64,000 bases of DNA from the NCBI GenBank assembly GCA_946611635.1, contig CAMODW010000002.1, positions 2,726 to 66,725 of the forward strand, in the 5' to 3' direction. Origin of the DNA: an uncultured Bacillota bacterium (GTDB taxonomy: Bacteria; Bacillota_I; Bacilli_A; RF39; UBA660). Position numbers and translations under genes: made by a program. Below, piece by piece: positions 41,761-52,209 of the stretch. The notes under the pieces were generated by a model. The model was not told the origin of the DNA. It searched no databases and saw only the letters and a program-made list of their open reading frames with translations. Numbering within the stretch: position 1 is the stretch's first letter; each line of letters opens with the position of its first letter.

Positions 41761-43011
41761 CTATTTTTTGGTATTTACATTAAATTTATATAATATTTTT
41801 ACTTTTATATTATCAATTTTGTTATTGTTTTGAATATATTTATATTGGTTTTCTTTTACTATTATTGCTCTAGTTTCGTTATTAAAGAATTCTTCGTATA
41901 ATTTGTCTTGGTTTGTGTATTTTATGTATGTTATATGATCTAATTTTGTATTAAGTACATGCGTTACATTTCGCGAATTGTCTTCTAATAAACCAACTTT
42001 TTTGTTGTTTATATTGTATATTGATTTGTTTCTACCATTATCTAATGCTATTAGATAGTATTCTTGATATTCATATAACTTGGTGTTTAAGTTATTTATA
42101 AAGTCATATGTATTGTTTAAATAATATATTCCTCCAAGCATACCAGCAGTTATTATAATTGTAAATATTCTTCCGCTTATGTATTTGTTTAATGAAATCG
42201 CAACTATTGATAAGAATCCTACAATACAAGCTATATATTTTATTGTCGCACTAGGTATTACTTGTACTCTATACATTCCTATTATTAATATAATAAAGGA
42301 TAGTATTATAATTGTATCAAAAGGTATGTATAGGTTTTCATGTATTATTACTAAGGCTTTTAATAGTTTGTTTTTAGGATACTTTTTAGTATCTTCTATT
42401 TCTTGAGTTTTTATTTTTTTATTTTTTTTGTTTTTCTTGTCATATTTTTGAATGTTTGTGACTTTTCTTTTTCTATAGTTATTATTATCAATTGATAGAT
42501 TTTTAAACCAATCCATTACTTTTGAAAAAACATCTTCTTTTTTTGCTAGTTTTCTCGAGCTGTTTTCTTTAACTTTTTCTTCACTTTTTTCAATAATTGT
42601 TGTATCGTTATTCTTATCATTCAGTTTTTCATCTATTTTTTCTTTAATTTTTTGTTCTATTTTTTCGTCTATTTTTTTCTCTATCTTTTTTTCTAAGTCT
42701 TCTTTTATTATCTCTTTGTTTGTTTGTTCTATTTTTTTAATTTTTTCTTTTTTGATAACGGGGATATCCAATTTTTCTAATTCTTTATCTTTTATTATTA
42801 TTTCTTCTATTTTCTTTTTAGATATTGGTTTATTAAGTTTTTTTACTTGATATTTAGGTTGAGATTTTTTTGTATTAAGGCTTTTATTTTTGTATAAATT
42901 ATTATTATTTATATTTTTTATTGTCTTTTTCTTGGAATTAATTTGTTTTTTTATAGCTTTTATTGCTAATTTATTAGTGTTTTTTTTCTTTTGATTTTTA
43001 GTTTTGGCCAC
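41761..43011 (-). CDS. hypothetical membrane protein with Lys-rich repetitive N-terminus
   Basis: KEKI/KKIE repeats, central TM bundle, C-terminal globular region. Confidence 0.4.
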   Translation of the reverse strand: MAKTKNQKKKNTNKLAIKAIKKQINSKKKTIKNINNNNLYKNKSLNTKKSQPKYQVKKLNKPISKKKIEEIIIKDKELEKLDIPVIKKEKIKKIEQTNKEIIKEDLEKKIEKKIDEKIEQKIKEKIDEKLNDKNNDTTIIEKSEEKVKENSSRKLAKKEDVFSKVMDWFKNLSIDNNNYRKRKVTNIQKYDKKNKKNKKIKTQEIEDTKKYPKNKLLKALVIIHENLYIPFDTIIILSFIILIIGMYRVQVIPSATIKYIACIVGFLSIVAISLNKYISGRIFTIIITAGMLGGIYYLNNTYDFINNLNTKLYEYQEYYLIALDNGRNKSIYNINNKKVGLLEDNSRNVTHVLNTKLDHITYIKYTNQDKLYEEFFNNETRAIIVKENQYKYIQNNNKIDNIKVKILYKFNVNTKK

Positions 43012-43162
43012 TTTTTTTCACCCCAATTAATATTTATCATATTTATTATACTATAATTTTATTATTATTGTTATCTATATTTGTTATATATTTATTTATT
43101 TACAATTTTTAGTACATTTTAATTTTTTGTATATAATTTTTGATTTATATATTAATTGATTT

Positions 43163-43200
43163 AATAAAAAAATGCAATAAAAAAGGCTTGTAATAAGCCT
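43163..43200 (-). terminator. rho-independent terminator (minus strand)
   Basis: AGGCTTATTACAAGCCT hairpin followed by a U-run in the minus-strand RNA. Confidence 0.55.
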
Positions 43201-43618
43201 ATTTATCTTCTAACATTTTTAATAAATCGATTTTGAATTTATCTTTAGATGCATTTTCTTTAGAAATCATTATTCCTTTATATGTGGTTAATTCTGATTT
43301 ATGACCCTCTAGCAATATCTTTGCTGGAGTTATAGTATTAAGCATTATTGTTTGCTCTTTTAAATATACAGTATATATTAATTTTACGTCTCCATGAACT
43401 TGTGCAAACCTATGATCACTTGGTAATTTTAACTCATAACTTTCAGTTCCTGCTTTTTTATTTTGGGCAGTTAACTCTCCTACAAATTTACCATTTCTTA
43501 GTGATGGGTAGTATTCGAAGAACAATTTTTTATATGCTAGCATATTGTATTTTTTTAATGCTCTTTCGAGTTTCTTAAATTCATTTTCGTTAATATAATC
43601 CAAAACAAACCCTTTCAT
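43199..43618 (-). CDS. hypothetical protein (139 aa)
   Basis: Intact ORF with its own terminator. Only faint resemblance to RelE/ParE-fold proteins. Confidence 0.35.
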   Translation of the reverse strand: MKGFVLDYINENEFKKLERALKKYNMLAYKKLFFEYYPSLRNGKFVGELTAQNKKAGTESYELKLPSDHRFAQVHGDVKLIYTVYLKEQTIMLNTITPAKILLEGHKSELTTYKGIMISKENASKDKFKIDLLKMLEDK

Positions 43619-43789
43619 AATTTATACCCCCTAATTCCCTTAATGTGCCCTTATTTTAGCACGGGAATGCCCCAATCGTCAAATTTTGCTATTAGAGTTG
43701 TTAACAACTATTCTTTTATTGGGATTTAAGTTTATCATTCATTTAGTATTAAGTCAAGTATTTTCGGGCTAAAAATGCGAAAAACCATA

Positions 43790-44077
43790 CTATATTTTTA
43801 ATTCTAGTATGGTTTGTCCATCGTTCATGCCATCTATGTAATATTTTATTACTCTTTTGTCTTTTTTTAGATAATTATGAGTTGCTTTTTTTAATATGCC
43901 TGTACCTTTGCCGTGAATTATTATTATTCTATTTTTTTTAAGTTTTATATTATCATTTATAAAACTATTTATTAATGCTATACAAGTTGCACTAGTTTCT
44001 CCGTGTATATCCAGTTTTGGCCAGTAATATGTGAATGGATCTCTAATAGTTTTGTTCGTATATTTTTTTGATTTCAT
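43790..44077 (-). CDS. Smr domain protein
   Basis: LDIHGETSATCIALINSF...IIIIHGKGTGILKKATHNYL matches the Smr (small MutS-related) domain consensus. Confidence 0.6.
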   Translation of the reverse strand: MKSKKYTNKTIRDPFTYYWPKLDIHGETSATCIALINSFINDNIKLKKNRIIIIHGKGTGILKKATHNYLKKDKRVIKYYIDGMNDGQTILELKI

Positions 44078-44957
44078 CTAATGGTGGTATTGATATCCTA
44101 GTTCCTATAGTTCTGGAGTTTAAACTTGCAGATATACAACCGTATTTAACAGCTTTTTCTAAGTCGCTATCAACGGCTATTTCGAAAGAAAATCCTGCGC
44201 AAAATGCGTCGAATGAGCCTTGTCTGTCTTGTATTTCCATTTGTATTAATGGACTAATCTTTATTTGATTATTGTAACAATATAAAGCTCCTTTTTCTTT
44301 TAAATGAATAATAAATTCAGTATTTAGATTTTTCTTTTTTAATTCTTGGTATATGGTTACTAAGCTTTTTACAGAATTTGGATCATATTTTACTCCAGAT
44401 AACATTTCAGCAAACTTTATACTACATATTACATATCCAGCTTTATGACATAAGTCAAATACTTCTTTAGTTATTATGTCTGCGCATAGAACTCTTTTAC
44501 TATTTGGAAATCTTTCTAATAGTTTTTTTGAAGATACAGAGTCATATCCATCTACAACAACTAAGTCTGGAGAAAAATCGTAATCCATTTTTTTAATTGA
44601 TATGAATTTATCAGATAGATTATAAATATTATAATTTTTTGTTTCGTTATTGATAATTATAGTTGACAATGGCGTATCGTTGTTAAATGATTGTTCAATA
44701 TATCTTGTATCTAGATGGGCTTTGTCGAATTCTTCTTTTATTTTGTTGCCATATACGTCGTTTCCTATTACACAACTTAATGCACAGCCAACGCCCCATT
44801 TTCCAAGAGAGACAGCTACGTTACTTGCTGTACCTCCTCCACAACCTATTTTGTTAAATACTTCTATGGTTGCTCCTTCGGTCGGAGTTTTTTCAACTAC
44901 AACATTTATATCATATTTTGATCTACCTAAACATATTGCTTTTAGCATATATATCAC
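44043..44957 (-). CDS. PfkB-family carbohydrate/nucleoside kinase
   Basis: GGGTASNVAVSLGKWG motif and a C-terminal DxxGAGD-like region. Confidence 0.75.
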   Translation of the reverse strand: MIYMLKAICLGRSKYDINVVVEKTPTEGATIEVFNKIGCGGGTASNVAVSLGKWGVGCALSCVIGNDVYGNKIKEEFDKAHLDTRYIEQSFNNDTPLSTIIINNETKNYNIYNLSDKFISIKKMDYDFSPDLVVVDGYDSVSSKKLLERFPNSKRVLCADIITKEVFDLCHKAGYVICSIKFAEMLSGVKYDPNSVKSLVTIYQELKKKNLNTEFIIHLKEKGALYCYNNQIKISPLIQMEIQDRQGSFDAFCAGFSFEIAVDSDLEKAVKYGCISASLNSRTIGTRISIPPLDEIKKIYEQNY

Positions 44958-45055
44958 CCTTTATTCTCATGTTTATTATAATTTATATTGGATTTTTAAT
45001 CAATATTATTATAATAATTATTTCTAACTTATAAAAATAATCGGATTAAATCCGA

Positions 45056-46030
45056 TTATTTATTGTATTTATAGAAGCCTTCTCCAGCTGATTTGCCTGT
45101 TTTACCTTTTTCTATATATTTGTTTAATATATCTAACATACCATCGTAATTATACGGAAGCATCATTTTCTTTAAAAGTGGATCAAAAATGTTTGGTACT
45201 TTTTGATATTGCAAAACGATGTTTTTTGCGGTTTCTAGTCCTACTGTGTCCATTATTTGGAATGGCCCTTTTGGAGCTCCTGTTCCTAGCGTCCAAGCTT
45301 TATCAATTGTTTCAGGATCTGATATACCGTTTGCTACTAAATCCATTGCACTTAGTAAAAATGGCACAAGCATTGAGTTTAATAAATAACCAGATTTTTC
45401 TTCTTTAGCTGCTAAAGGTATCATATTTATTGCTTCAGCGAACTCTATTACTTCTTTAAAATATTTATTAGCTGTACCATTATGTCTCATTACTTCTGCT
45501 ATATTGTTTTTCCATATTGTATTGGCAAAATGTAGTGATAAGTATTTTTCAGATCTTCCTGTAAATTTAGCCATTTTTGATGGTAGCAAGGTTGAAGAGT
45601 TAGTTACTATTACTGTTTTCTTAGGCATTAGTGGTGCAATTTCTTTATAAAAAGCTATTTTTGCATCAAAGTTTTCGGTAATTGATTCAATTACTAAATC
45701 TGCACTTTTTAATGCTAGCTCTTGATCTGTTATTATAACTATCTTATCTAAAGCTTTTTTGGCTTTTTCTAGGCATTCTTTTTTATTGAAGTTTTCTATA
45801 CTTGCAATACCTCTTGCCCAATTGCTATTTGCTTTGCCTTTTTCAGTACTCATTAGTTCAATCGTTTCGACATATGTTTGATATAGTTTATTTAATTTGT
45901 TTTGTAATTCTTCTTTGGAGTCGTCTTTTCTTATAAGTATTGCAACATTGAATCCACAATATGCGGTTTGAAAAGCTATTTGGCTACCTAGTATTCCGCC
46001 TCCAGCTATTACTATGTTCTTGTATTTCAT
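45056..46030 (-). CDS. 3-hydroxyacyl-CoA dehydrogenase family protein (NAD-binding)
   Basis: N-terminal IVIAGGGILGSQIA Rossmann motif, and the C-terminal GKTGKSAGEGFYKY typical of the 3HCDH family. Confidence 0.75.
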   Translation of the reverse strand: MKYKNIVIAGGGILGSQIAFQTAYCGFNVAILIRKDDSKEELQNKLNKLYQTYVETIELMSTEKGKANSNWARGIASIENFNKKECLEKAKKALDKIVIITDQELALKSADLVIESITENFDAKIAFYKEIAPLMPKKTVIVTNSSTLLPSKMAKFTGRSEKYLSLHFANTIWKNNIAEVMRHNGTANKYFKEVIEFAEAINMIPLAAKEEKSGYLLNSMLVPFLLSAMDLVANGISDPETIDKAWTLGTGAPKGPFQIMDTVGLETAKNIVLQYQKVPNIFDPLLKKMMLPYNYDGMLDILNKYIEKGKTGKSAGEGFYKYNK

Positions 46031-46104
46031 TATATCCCTCTATTCTTTTAATATTATATCATAGTAATAGTTATGCATGTAGTATATTTTATAGTAGTTT
46101 AATT

Positions 46105-46929
46105 CTATTTTTCGTAGGTATCTAAAAAAGAAAACTTTTTCTCATCTTCGCGCCAACCTAGTATACAATTTTTATTTACATTATCCATAGCTTTAAATAT
46201 GTTATGATCTATATCTGAATTTTGCTCTTTTAACTGTTTTATTAATTGTTTTATTTCTTTTCTTTTGCTAAAGTTTTCTTCTTTACTAGCTTTTTCTGTA
46301 AATTTGCAAGCACAGTTTAAAAATTTAAGGTTATTATATTTACTCCAACTTATTATATCTTCTTCTTTAACTAGATATAATGGACGTATTAGTTCTAATC
46401 CTTCGAAGTTACTACTATATAGTTTAGGCATCATTGTCTTTATTTCAGCACCATATAACATTGATAATAAGGTTGTTTCTATAACGTCGTTAAAGTGATG
46501 ACCTAAGGCTATTTTATTACATCCAAGTTCTTTTGCTTTATTATATAGATGGCCTCTTCTCATTCTTGCGCACATATAGCAAGGATTTTCAGGATTTAAT
46601 TTGTTTGATACGGCGAATATATCTGTTTCGAACAATTCTATTGGTATATTCATTACTTTAGCGTTTTCTTTGATGAGTTTTAGATTTTCTTCTTTATATC
46701 CAGGATTCATTACAACGTATTTAGCTTCAAAGTTTACTTTTCCGTGCTTAACTAATTCTTGTATACACTTGGCTAGTAGGAATGAATCTTTTCCGCCACT
46801 AATACAAACCATTATTTTGTCATTTTCTTTTATTAATTTGTAATCTTTTACGGCTTTAGTGAATTTAGAATATATTTCTTTACGATATTTTTTAATAATA
46901 CTTTTTTCTATTTCATGATATCTTTCCAT
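46105..46929 (-). CDS. TtcA/TilS-like PP-loop ATPase (tRNA thiolation family)
   Basis: SGGKDS PP-loop in VCISGGKDSFLL, plus the Cys motifs CYMCARMRRG and NCACKF. Confidence 0.7.
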   Translation of the reverse strand: MERYHEIEKSIIKKYRKEIYSKFTKAVKDYKLIKENDKIMVCISGGKDSFLLAKCIQELVKHGKVNFEAKYVVMNPGYKEENLKLIKENAKVMNIPIELFETDIFAVSNKLNPENPCYMCARMRRGHLYNKAKELGCNKIALGHHFNDVIETTLLSMLYGAEIKTMMPKLYSSNFEGLELIRPLYLVKEEDIISWSKYNNLKFLNCACKFTEKASKEENFSKRKEIKQLIKQLKEQNSDIDHNIFKAMDNVNKNCILGWREDEKKFSFLDTYEK

Positions 46930-46949
46930 AATTATTTCCTTACTATTTT

Positions 46950-47837
46950 TTAAAATTTCTTTTCAAAATCTCCTTTTATTCCGATTCCTTCACTTTCTAT
47001 AATGAATGAATTCATGTTTGTTTTTTTCATATGCCTTTCTAGTTTTAACAATTCGTATTTGGTAAGGGCTGTATATATTATATATGTTTTAGAATCATCA
47101 TATCCGCCTTTGGCGTCCCAATAAGTAAATCCCCTATTTAATTCATTTTTTATATAATTATTTAGTTCTTTTGGATTTTCTTTTGATAGAATTAATGCGG
47201 TCGAACATATATTTTGTTCATGCATTTTATCGATCATTAAACTGTCTACACAGGAATATATAATTGAGTATATCATCGTCTCTATTCCGTATCTTATACC
47301 TGCTATAATATATATTATAAGATTGATTGCTAGAGCATGTTTACCTACTGAAAAGTTACTATTTTTCTTAGATAGAACTAAACCGACAATGTCTGTTCCT
47401 CCGGTGGATGCTCCACTTGTTAAAATTATTCCAGCTCCAATTCCACAAATTAAACCACCTATTATAACATTTGTTAGTAAATCATTTAATAGTGGTTTTG
47501 TTGGAATAACTGATAGTAGTACAGTTTGTAATGTTACTGCAAATATAGTTCTAAAGAAAAAGTTTTTACCTAATATTTTATAAGCTATTACAAATAAAGG
47601 TATATTAATTATAAAATAGATTATTCCACTAAAATCAAATTTTAGTTTTATTTTAAATATATCTAATATAAAACTTCTTGTTAATTGGGCTATACCTAAT
47701 ATTCCACCTGTATAGAGGTTGTTTGGTACTATAAATAGATTAATTGCCGTGCAAAATAGTATTGATCCTATAATTACTTTAATAAGATCTTTTAATTCCC
47801 AATTGAAAGTTCTTTTTAATATATTCATTTTTATCAC
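46950..47837 (-). CDS. YitT family (DUF161/DUF2179) membrane protein
   Basis: N-terminal TM region, the GGILGIAQL motif and the soluble C-terminal domain pattern. Confidence 0.7.
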   Translation of the reverse strand: MIKMNILKRTFNWELKDLIKVIIGSILFCTAINLFIVPNNLYTGGILGIAQLTRSFILDIFKIKLKFDFSGIIYFIINIPLFVIAYKILGKNFFFRTIFAVTLQTVLLSVIPTKPLLNDLLTNVIIGGLICGIGAGIILTSGASTGGTDIVGLVLSKKNSNFSVGKHALAINLIIYIIAGIRYGIETMIYSIIYSCVDSLMIDKMHEQNICSTALILSKENPKELNNYIKNELNRGFTYWDAKGGYDDSKTYIIYTALTKYELLKLERHMKKTNMNSFIIESEGIGIKGDFEKKF

Positions 47838-47919
47838 TCCAAATGCATGAAAATTATATCAAATTTAGGGGAAAAGTAAATATATTTTTTCTTGTTTTTA
47901 TCAATAAAAAAATGGATAA

Positions 47920-49671
47920 TTAAATCCATCTTTTGTTATATTTTGGTCCTGATAAAGTCAATGCTGCTCCTTTTTTTTCTTGCTTTTTTGCTTGTTTTTC
48001 TTCAAATAATCTATATAAAGCATCGAAGAATTCTTTATCGGCATAATCAAAATCTACTCTTCCGTCTATTCCTAAATCTGAACCTATTCCATATGATGTA
48101 GTTTGTATTACATTTATATTGTAAGTAGTTGTAAAGTATTCATCTACTGTTTTATATCCATAGTACATATGGTCGAAGTCTGTGTATTTATTGTATAGAT
48201 AACCTCCTATATTTTCTCCATGGCCCCAAATTGAATAAATTCCCTTTATTTCGTTTATTTTATCAAGGTATTTACCATTTATATATACTCCTGTTGCAAA
48301 GCCTTCATCTTCCATAGCTTGGCAAAAGATTTGCATTAGTTTTACTTGGTTTCTCCTCGTATCTTCATCTTTTAGCAAGTTATCGGCACATTCTTCTTCT
48401 ACGTCTAGATAAATAGGTAAAGGTATTGGATAATATTCCCCGTTTTCATCTTTTAGATTTTCTAATACGAAGTTTATTTCTTCTTGAATTTCTTCTTCGG
48501 TTTCAGCTCTTGAGAAAATATATATACCTATTTTTACATCTTTACTTAGACATTCTTTAATATTTCTTTCGAAGTACTCATCTATTAGTATATTTCCTTC
48601 TTTGTCTCTATTGATGGCGTCGGCAATTCTTAAAAAAGCAAAATCTACTCTTTTAGCTTTTTCCCAGTCGATTTCTTTTTGGTGCTCGGAAACATCTATT
48701 CCTTTGTAATATTTTGTTTCATCTACTTCTTCGTATTCTGGTTCTTCTTCGTCTGCGCCCTCATTAGGAGCATCTTTAGCTTCAGCTTCGGCTTCTTGTA
48801 TATCTTCTTCTGTATCTGGTGTTTCTTCTTGGGTTTCTTCAACTGCTAATTCTTCGGTGCTATCTGCACTTTCTGTGTTTGTAATATCTTCATTTGCATG
48901 TTCTTTATCTTCATCTATTTCTTCAGAAGTTAGGGTTTCTATTTCAATTCCATCTGTTTGATACTCACTTGGTATTCTAATTTTTTGATCTTTATAAATT
49001 ACTTTAAAATCTTCTATATCATTAAATTTTCCAAGCTCTTCATAATCTACTCCGTATTTTTCAGCAATAACGTATAATGAATCTCCTGGTTGTACTATGT
49101 ATTCTTCATCTTCTACGAATGATTCTGGACTACTTTCTTCGCTTATATATTTATCGTTACTATACATTTTATCTTTGAATATTACAAAATCGTATGTTTT
49201 AAGTAATTCTTTTATTTTTGCTTTTTCATCGCAGTAAGCCATGCTTTTATAGTCTTTAAAAAAATCTAGTTGATCTGTTCTTCCTATTAGTACAAAATTA
49301 ACACCATTTGCTTCTAATTTCTTGGCTATATTTATAATATATTCTTTATATTCTTTCTTATTTTCTCCTAATGGATATAGATCTACTCCGATATCTATAA
49401 AAACGGTTCCTATTTTATTGTTAGATATTATTTCTTTTATTTCATCTACTGCTTTATATGCTGAAGAATAATCGAATCTAGTGGGTAAGGTATATACGAT
49501 ATCTGTTAGTATGTCGCTATTTATCTCTTCATCATGTGAATCATCAATTCTAACTACTGAAAATGGTACTTTTTGAGTGCTTTTTATAGAACATCCTGTT
49601 AGCGAATATATTGTAATAGTTCCTGCTATCATTACTTTTAAAAGATTTTTTCTAATTGTTAAGTTTTCCAT
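47920..49671 (-). CDS. lipoprotein with LysM domain and C-terminal GH25 muramidase domain
   Basis: Lipobox LTGC. LysM motif YIVQPGDSLYVIAEKYGV. Acidic linker. GH25 motif YYKGIDVSEHQKEIDWEKAKRVDFAFLRIA. Confidence 0.7.
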   Translation of the reverse strand: MENLTIRKNLLKVMIAGTITIYSLTGCSIKSTQKVPFSVVRIDDSHDEEINSDILTDIVYTLPTRFDYSSAYKAVDEIKEIISNNKIGTVFIDIGVDLYPLGENKKEYKEYIINIAKKLEANGVNFVLIGRTDQLDFFKDYKSMAYCDEKAKIKELLKTYDFVIFKDKMYSNDKYISEESSPESFVEDEEYIVQPGDSLYVIAEKYGVDYEELGKFNDIEDFKVIYKDQKIRIPSEYQTDGIEIETLTSEEIDEDKEHANEDITNTESADSTEELAVEETQEETPDTEEDIQEAEAEAKDAPNEGADEEEPEYEEVDETKYYKGIDVSEHQKEIDWEKAKRVDFAFLRIADAINRDKEGNILIDEYFERNIKECLSKDVKIGIYIFSRAETEEEIQEEINFVLENLKDENGEYYPIPLPIYLDVEEECADNLLKDEDTRRNQVKLMQIFCQAMEDEGFATGVYINGKYLDKINEIKGIYSIWGHGENIGGYLYNKYTDFDHMYYGYKTVDEYFTTTYNINVIQTTSYGIGSDLGIDGRVDFDYADKEFFDALYRLFEEKQAKKQEKKGAALTLSGPKYNKRWI

Positions 49672-49737
49672 ATTTTTTCATCCTTTTTTCGTTACGGACA
49701 CAATATTACTATATTTTGCTTGTTTTAGCAATTTTTC

Positions 49738-51366
49738 CTAATAAGAGTTTAGTTTGTTAAATATTTTTGATCCTCTTGTAACTATGTATATATGCAACAT
49801 AATATCTATTATTATGTATGCTATTATAGATATTATTAGTATTGATATTGATGAAATATGTCCTATAAACTTGGTAATAGTTATATATGATATTATAAAT
49901 AGTACCATGCCTATTGTTACTGCTATAAAAGAACTCATACTTTGTTTTACTACTTCTGAGGTGTTTTCCCAGTCAAATTTTGGGTATTTCAAGTTTACTA
50001 TTAATCCTATATAATGAGATACTAAAGGTATCAATATTGATAGTATTAGTAATAATATTGCTTCTAATATTTTAATTTTAAGTTTTATTATAAGTATTAA
50101 ATCGCCGATTATAAATATCGGTGTTGTTATAATTAATGGTGCTAATATTTTAGATTGTAATATTGTTTTAGATTTTATTGGTAATGATTTTATAATTTGG
50201 ATATTTTTCCCTTCTAAACTGATTGATGAATTAGTTATTGATGTCATATATGCAGTTAATGATATTAGTATATATACGAAAATAGAAATATTGTTATTTA
50301 TTATATTTTTCGATATCCCTAGTCCTGTATTCTTATCTACTAATAGATTAATAATATAATCTGACTTAAGAGAGATTATTACTACTAATATTAGAAATAA
50401 TACCAGGGCAAATCCGGCGTTGATAATAAATACTGGTGTAGAAAAGAAAGTATTTAATTCTTTTTTTATAAGCGCTCTTGTTTGAGACTTTTTTTCTATA
50501 TTTAAGCTTTTGATATTCTTGTTTTTCTTTGATACTATTACATTTTTTAATCTTGAGTTTATTTTGAAATAGAATTTGCTTAATATAAATAATGATATTA
50601 TAAAAGTTATTATGTTTATTAAAATAAACAATAATAATTCTGAAATTTTAAAGTTTGTTACTAATGATGAGAAAACTCCGGCTGGATAATATATTTTAGT
50701 TATTAAGTCGTTTATATTTGTTGCATTTTTAATAATATAATTAAGTATTGTTTCTGAATTGAAAGATAAAAATAATATTCCTAAAATTAGTGACATGGAT
50801 ATTATTATTTGAACCAAGTTTTTGTATTTAAAATAGCTTGATATATTTGCTATTATTATTCCAATTATACAAGATACAATGATTGGTATTATTGGTGATA
50901 ATAACAACATAGTGAAACAAGTTAAATAATAAGTCCATGTAATATTAAGTCCCCATCTTATGTAAGCTATCATAAATGGTAATAGAAACATTGAATTGAA
51001 TAAAAATTCAAAGATATAAAATTTTAATATTCTAATAAATAGGATGGTTCTCTTTTTAATTGGTAGTGAAAGCAATAGGATATCGTCTTTACAATTAAAT
51101 ATTAATGCACTAGATTTATATACTCCTTCTATAAGTGTCATTGCTGATATACTAATTATAGAAAGAGATAATACTATATATTGAAGATTAAATGGTTTTA
51201 ATTTTTCAAAAATTGTATTTGCGCTACACCAAATCATAAACATTAGATAAAGAGATATAAGGATTGGTGCCAAAGAAGAAAATTTATTTTTCTTTTTAGT
51301 ATTAATTTTGAATATTGACATATCATTAGTTAAACATGCTTTAATTAGTGAATATAGTCTTCTCAT
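49738..51366 (-). CDS. ABC-2 type exporter permease (putative)
   Basis: 542 aa and polytopic. Adjoins the ATPase gene, sharing a coordinate with it. Confidence 0.55.
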   Translation of the reverse strand: MRRLYSLIKACLTNDMSIFKINTKKKNKFSSLAPILISLYLMFMIWCSANTIFEKLKPFNLQYIVLSLSIISISAMTLIEGVYKSSALIFNCKDDILLLSLPIKKRTILFIRILKFYIFEFLFNSMFLLPFMIAYIRWGLNITWTYYLTCFTMLLLSPIIPIIVSCIIGIIIANISSYFKYKNLVQIIISMSLILGILFLSFNSETILNYIIKNATNINDLITKIYYPAGVFSSLVTNFKISELLLFILINIITFIISLFILSKFYFKINSRLKNVIVSKKNKNIKSLNIEKKSQTRALIKKELNTFFSTPVFIINAGFALVLFLILVVIISLKSDYIINLLVDKNTGLGISKNIINNNISIFVYILISLTAYMTSITNSSISLEGKNIQIIKSLPIKSKTILQSKILAPLIITTPIFIIGDLILIIKLKIKILEAILLLILSILIPLVSHYIGLIVNLKYPKFDWENTSEVVKQSMSSFIAVTIGMVLFIISYITITKFIGHISSISILIISIIAYIIIDIMLHIYIVTRGSKIFNKLNSY

Positions 51367-52076
51367 TATTTATCTTCCTCTAATTCCATAAATACTTTTT
51401 CTAATGATTTATCACCTTTTATTTCTTTCATACTTCCACTTTTTACTAGATTTCCATCTTTAATTATTGCTACTCTTGAACATAGTTTTTCTGCTACGTC
51501 TAGAATGTGAGTAGAATAGAATATTATTTTATTATCTTTAACCATTTCATTTAGTATTTTTTTTACGTCAAAAACAGCTTTTGGATCTAAACCAACAAAA
51601 GGTTCATCCATAATTAATATTTGAGGGTTGTGTGCTAAAGCTGCTATTAAAACTACTTTTTGCTTCATGCCATGAGAATAACTATCTATTGTGTCGTTAA
51701 GTTTATCTTCCATTTCGAATATTTTGGCATATTTTTTGATATTTTCTTCTCTTATTTTTGTATCTGTTTCGTACATATCACAAATAAAATTTATATAATC
51801 TATTGCTTTCATGTGTTCGTACGTTACAGGATTATCTGGTACAAACGCCATTATTTTTTTACATTCTTCAGGTTCTTTGATTATTGATTTACCATTTATT
51901 AGGATTTCTCCTGAATCAAAATCATGTATTCCGACAATTGACTTAATTAGAGTTGTTTTTCCGGCACCATTGTGTCCGATAAAAGCAAATATATCACCAT
52001 CATTCACGTTGAAAGATACATTATTTACAGCTATTTTGTTTCCGTATTTTTTTGTTACATTTTTAATTTCTATCAT
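51366..52076 (-). CDS. ABC transporter ATP-binding protein
   Basis: Walker A GHNGAGKTT, the ABC signature motif and a Walker B aspartate in a hydrophobic run (ILIMDEP). 236 aa. Confidence 0.85.
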   Translation of the reverse strand: MIEIKNVTKKYGNKIAVNNVSFNVNDGDIFAFIGHNGAGKTTLIKSIVGIHDFDSGEILINGKSIIKEPEECKKIMAFVPDNPVTYEHMKAIDYINFICDMYETDTKIREENIKKYAKIFEMEDKLNDTIDSYSHGMKQKVVLIAALAHNPQILIMDEPFVGLDPKAVFDVKKILNEMVKDNKIIFYSTHILDVAEKLCSRVAIIKDGNLVKSGSMKEIKGDKSLEKVFMELEEDK

Positions 52077-52209
52077 ATTATCTCCTTATTTCTTATAATC
52101 CAATTATATATATGATTAATATTATAGTCAATTAATCTAAATACTATTAATTTTTATGTTTTATTGTTATGTAAATGGTTTATAATATATTATAGATTTA
52201 GGAGGTTTT

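Noticed and set aside
28320-43011. Prophage or integrative element anchored by the tyrosine recombinase
   Set aside because: The recombinase is a full-length XerD ortholog in a housekeeping context beside rarA and gpsA. No terminase, capsid, portal, relaxase or T4SS genes are present. mscL and a DUF1292-like gene are embedded in the region. Only an accessory-like character remains, with no clear mobile-element boundaries.
43199-43618. Calling the 139-aa ORF a type II RelE/ParE toxin
   Set aside because: Only a vague beta-strand motif resemblance (KLIYTVYL...IMLNTI). No adjacent antitoxin ORF of 60 aa or more. Left as hypothetical.
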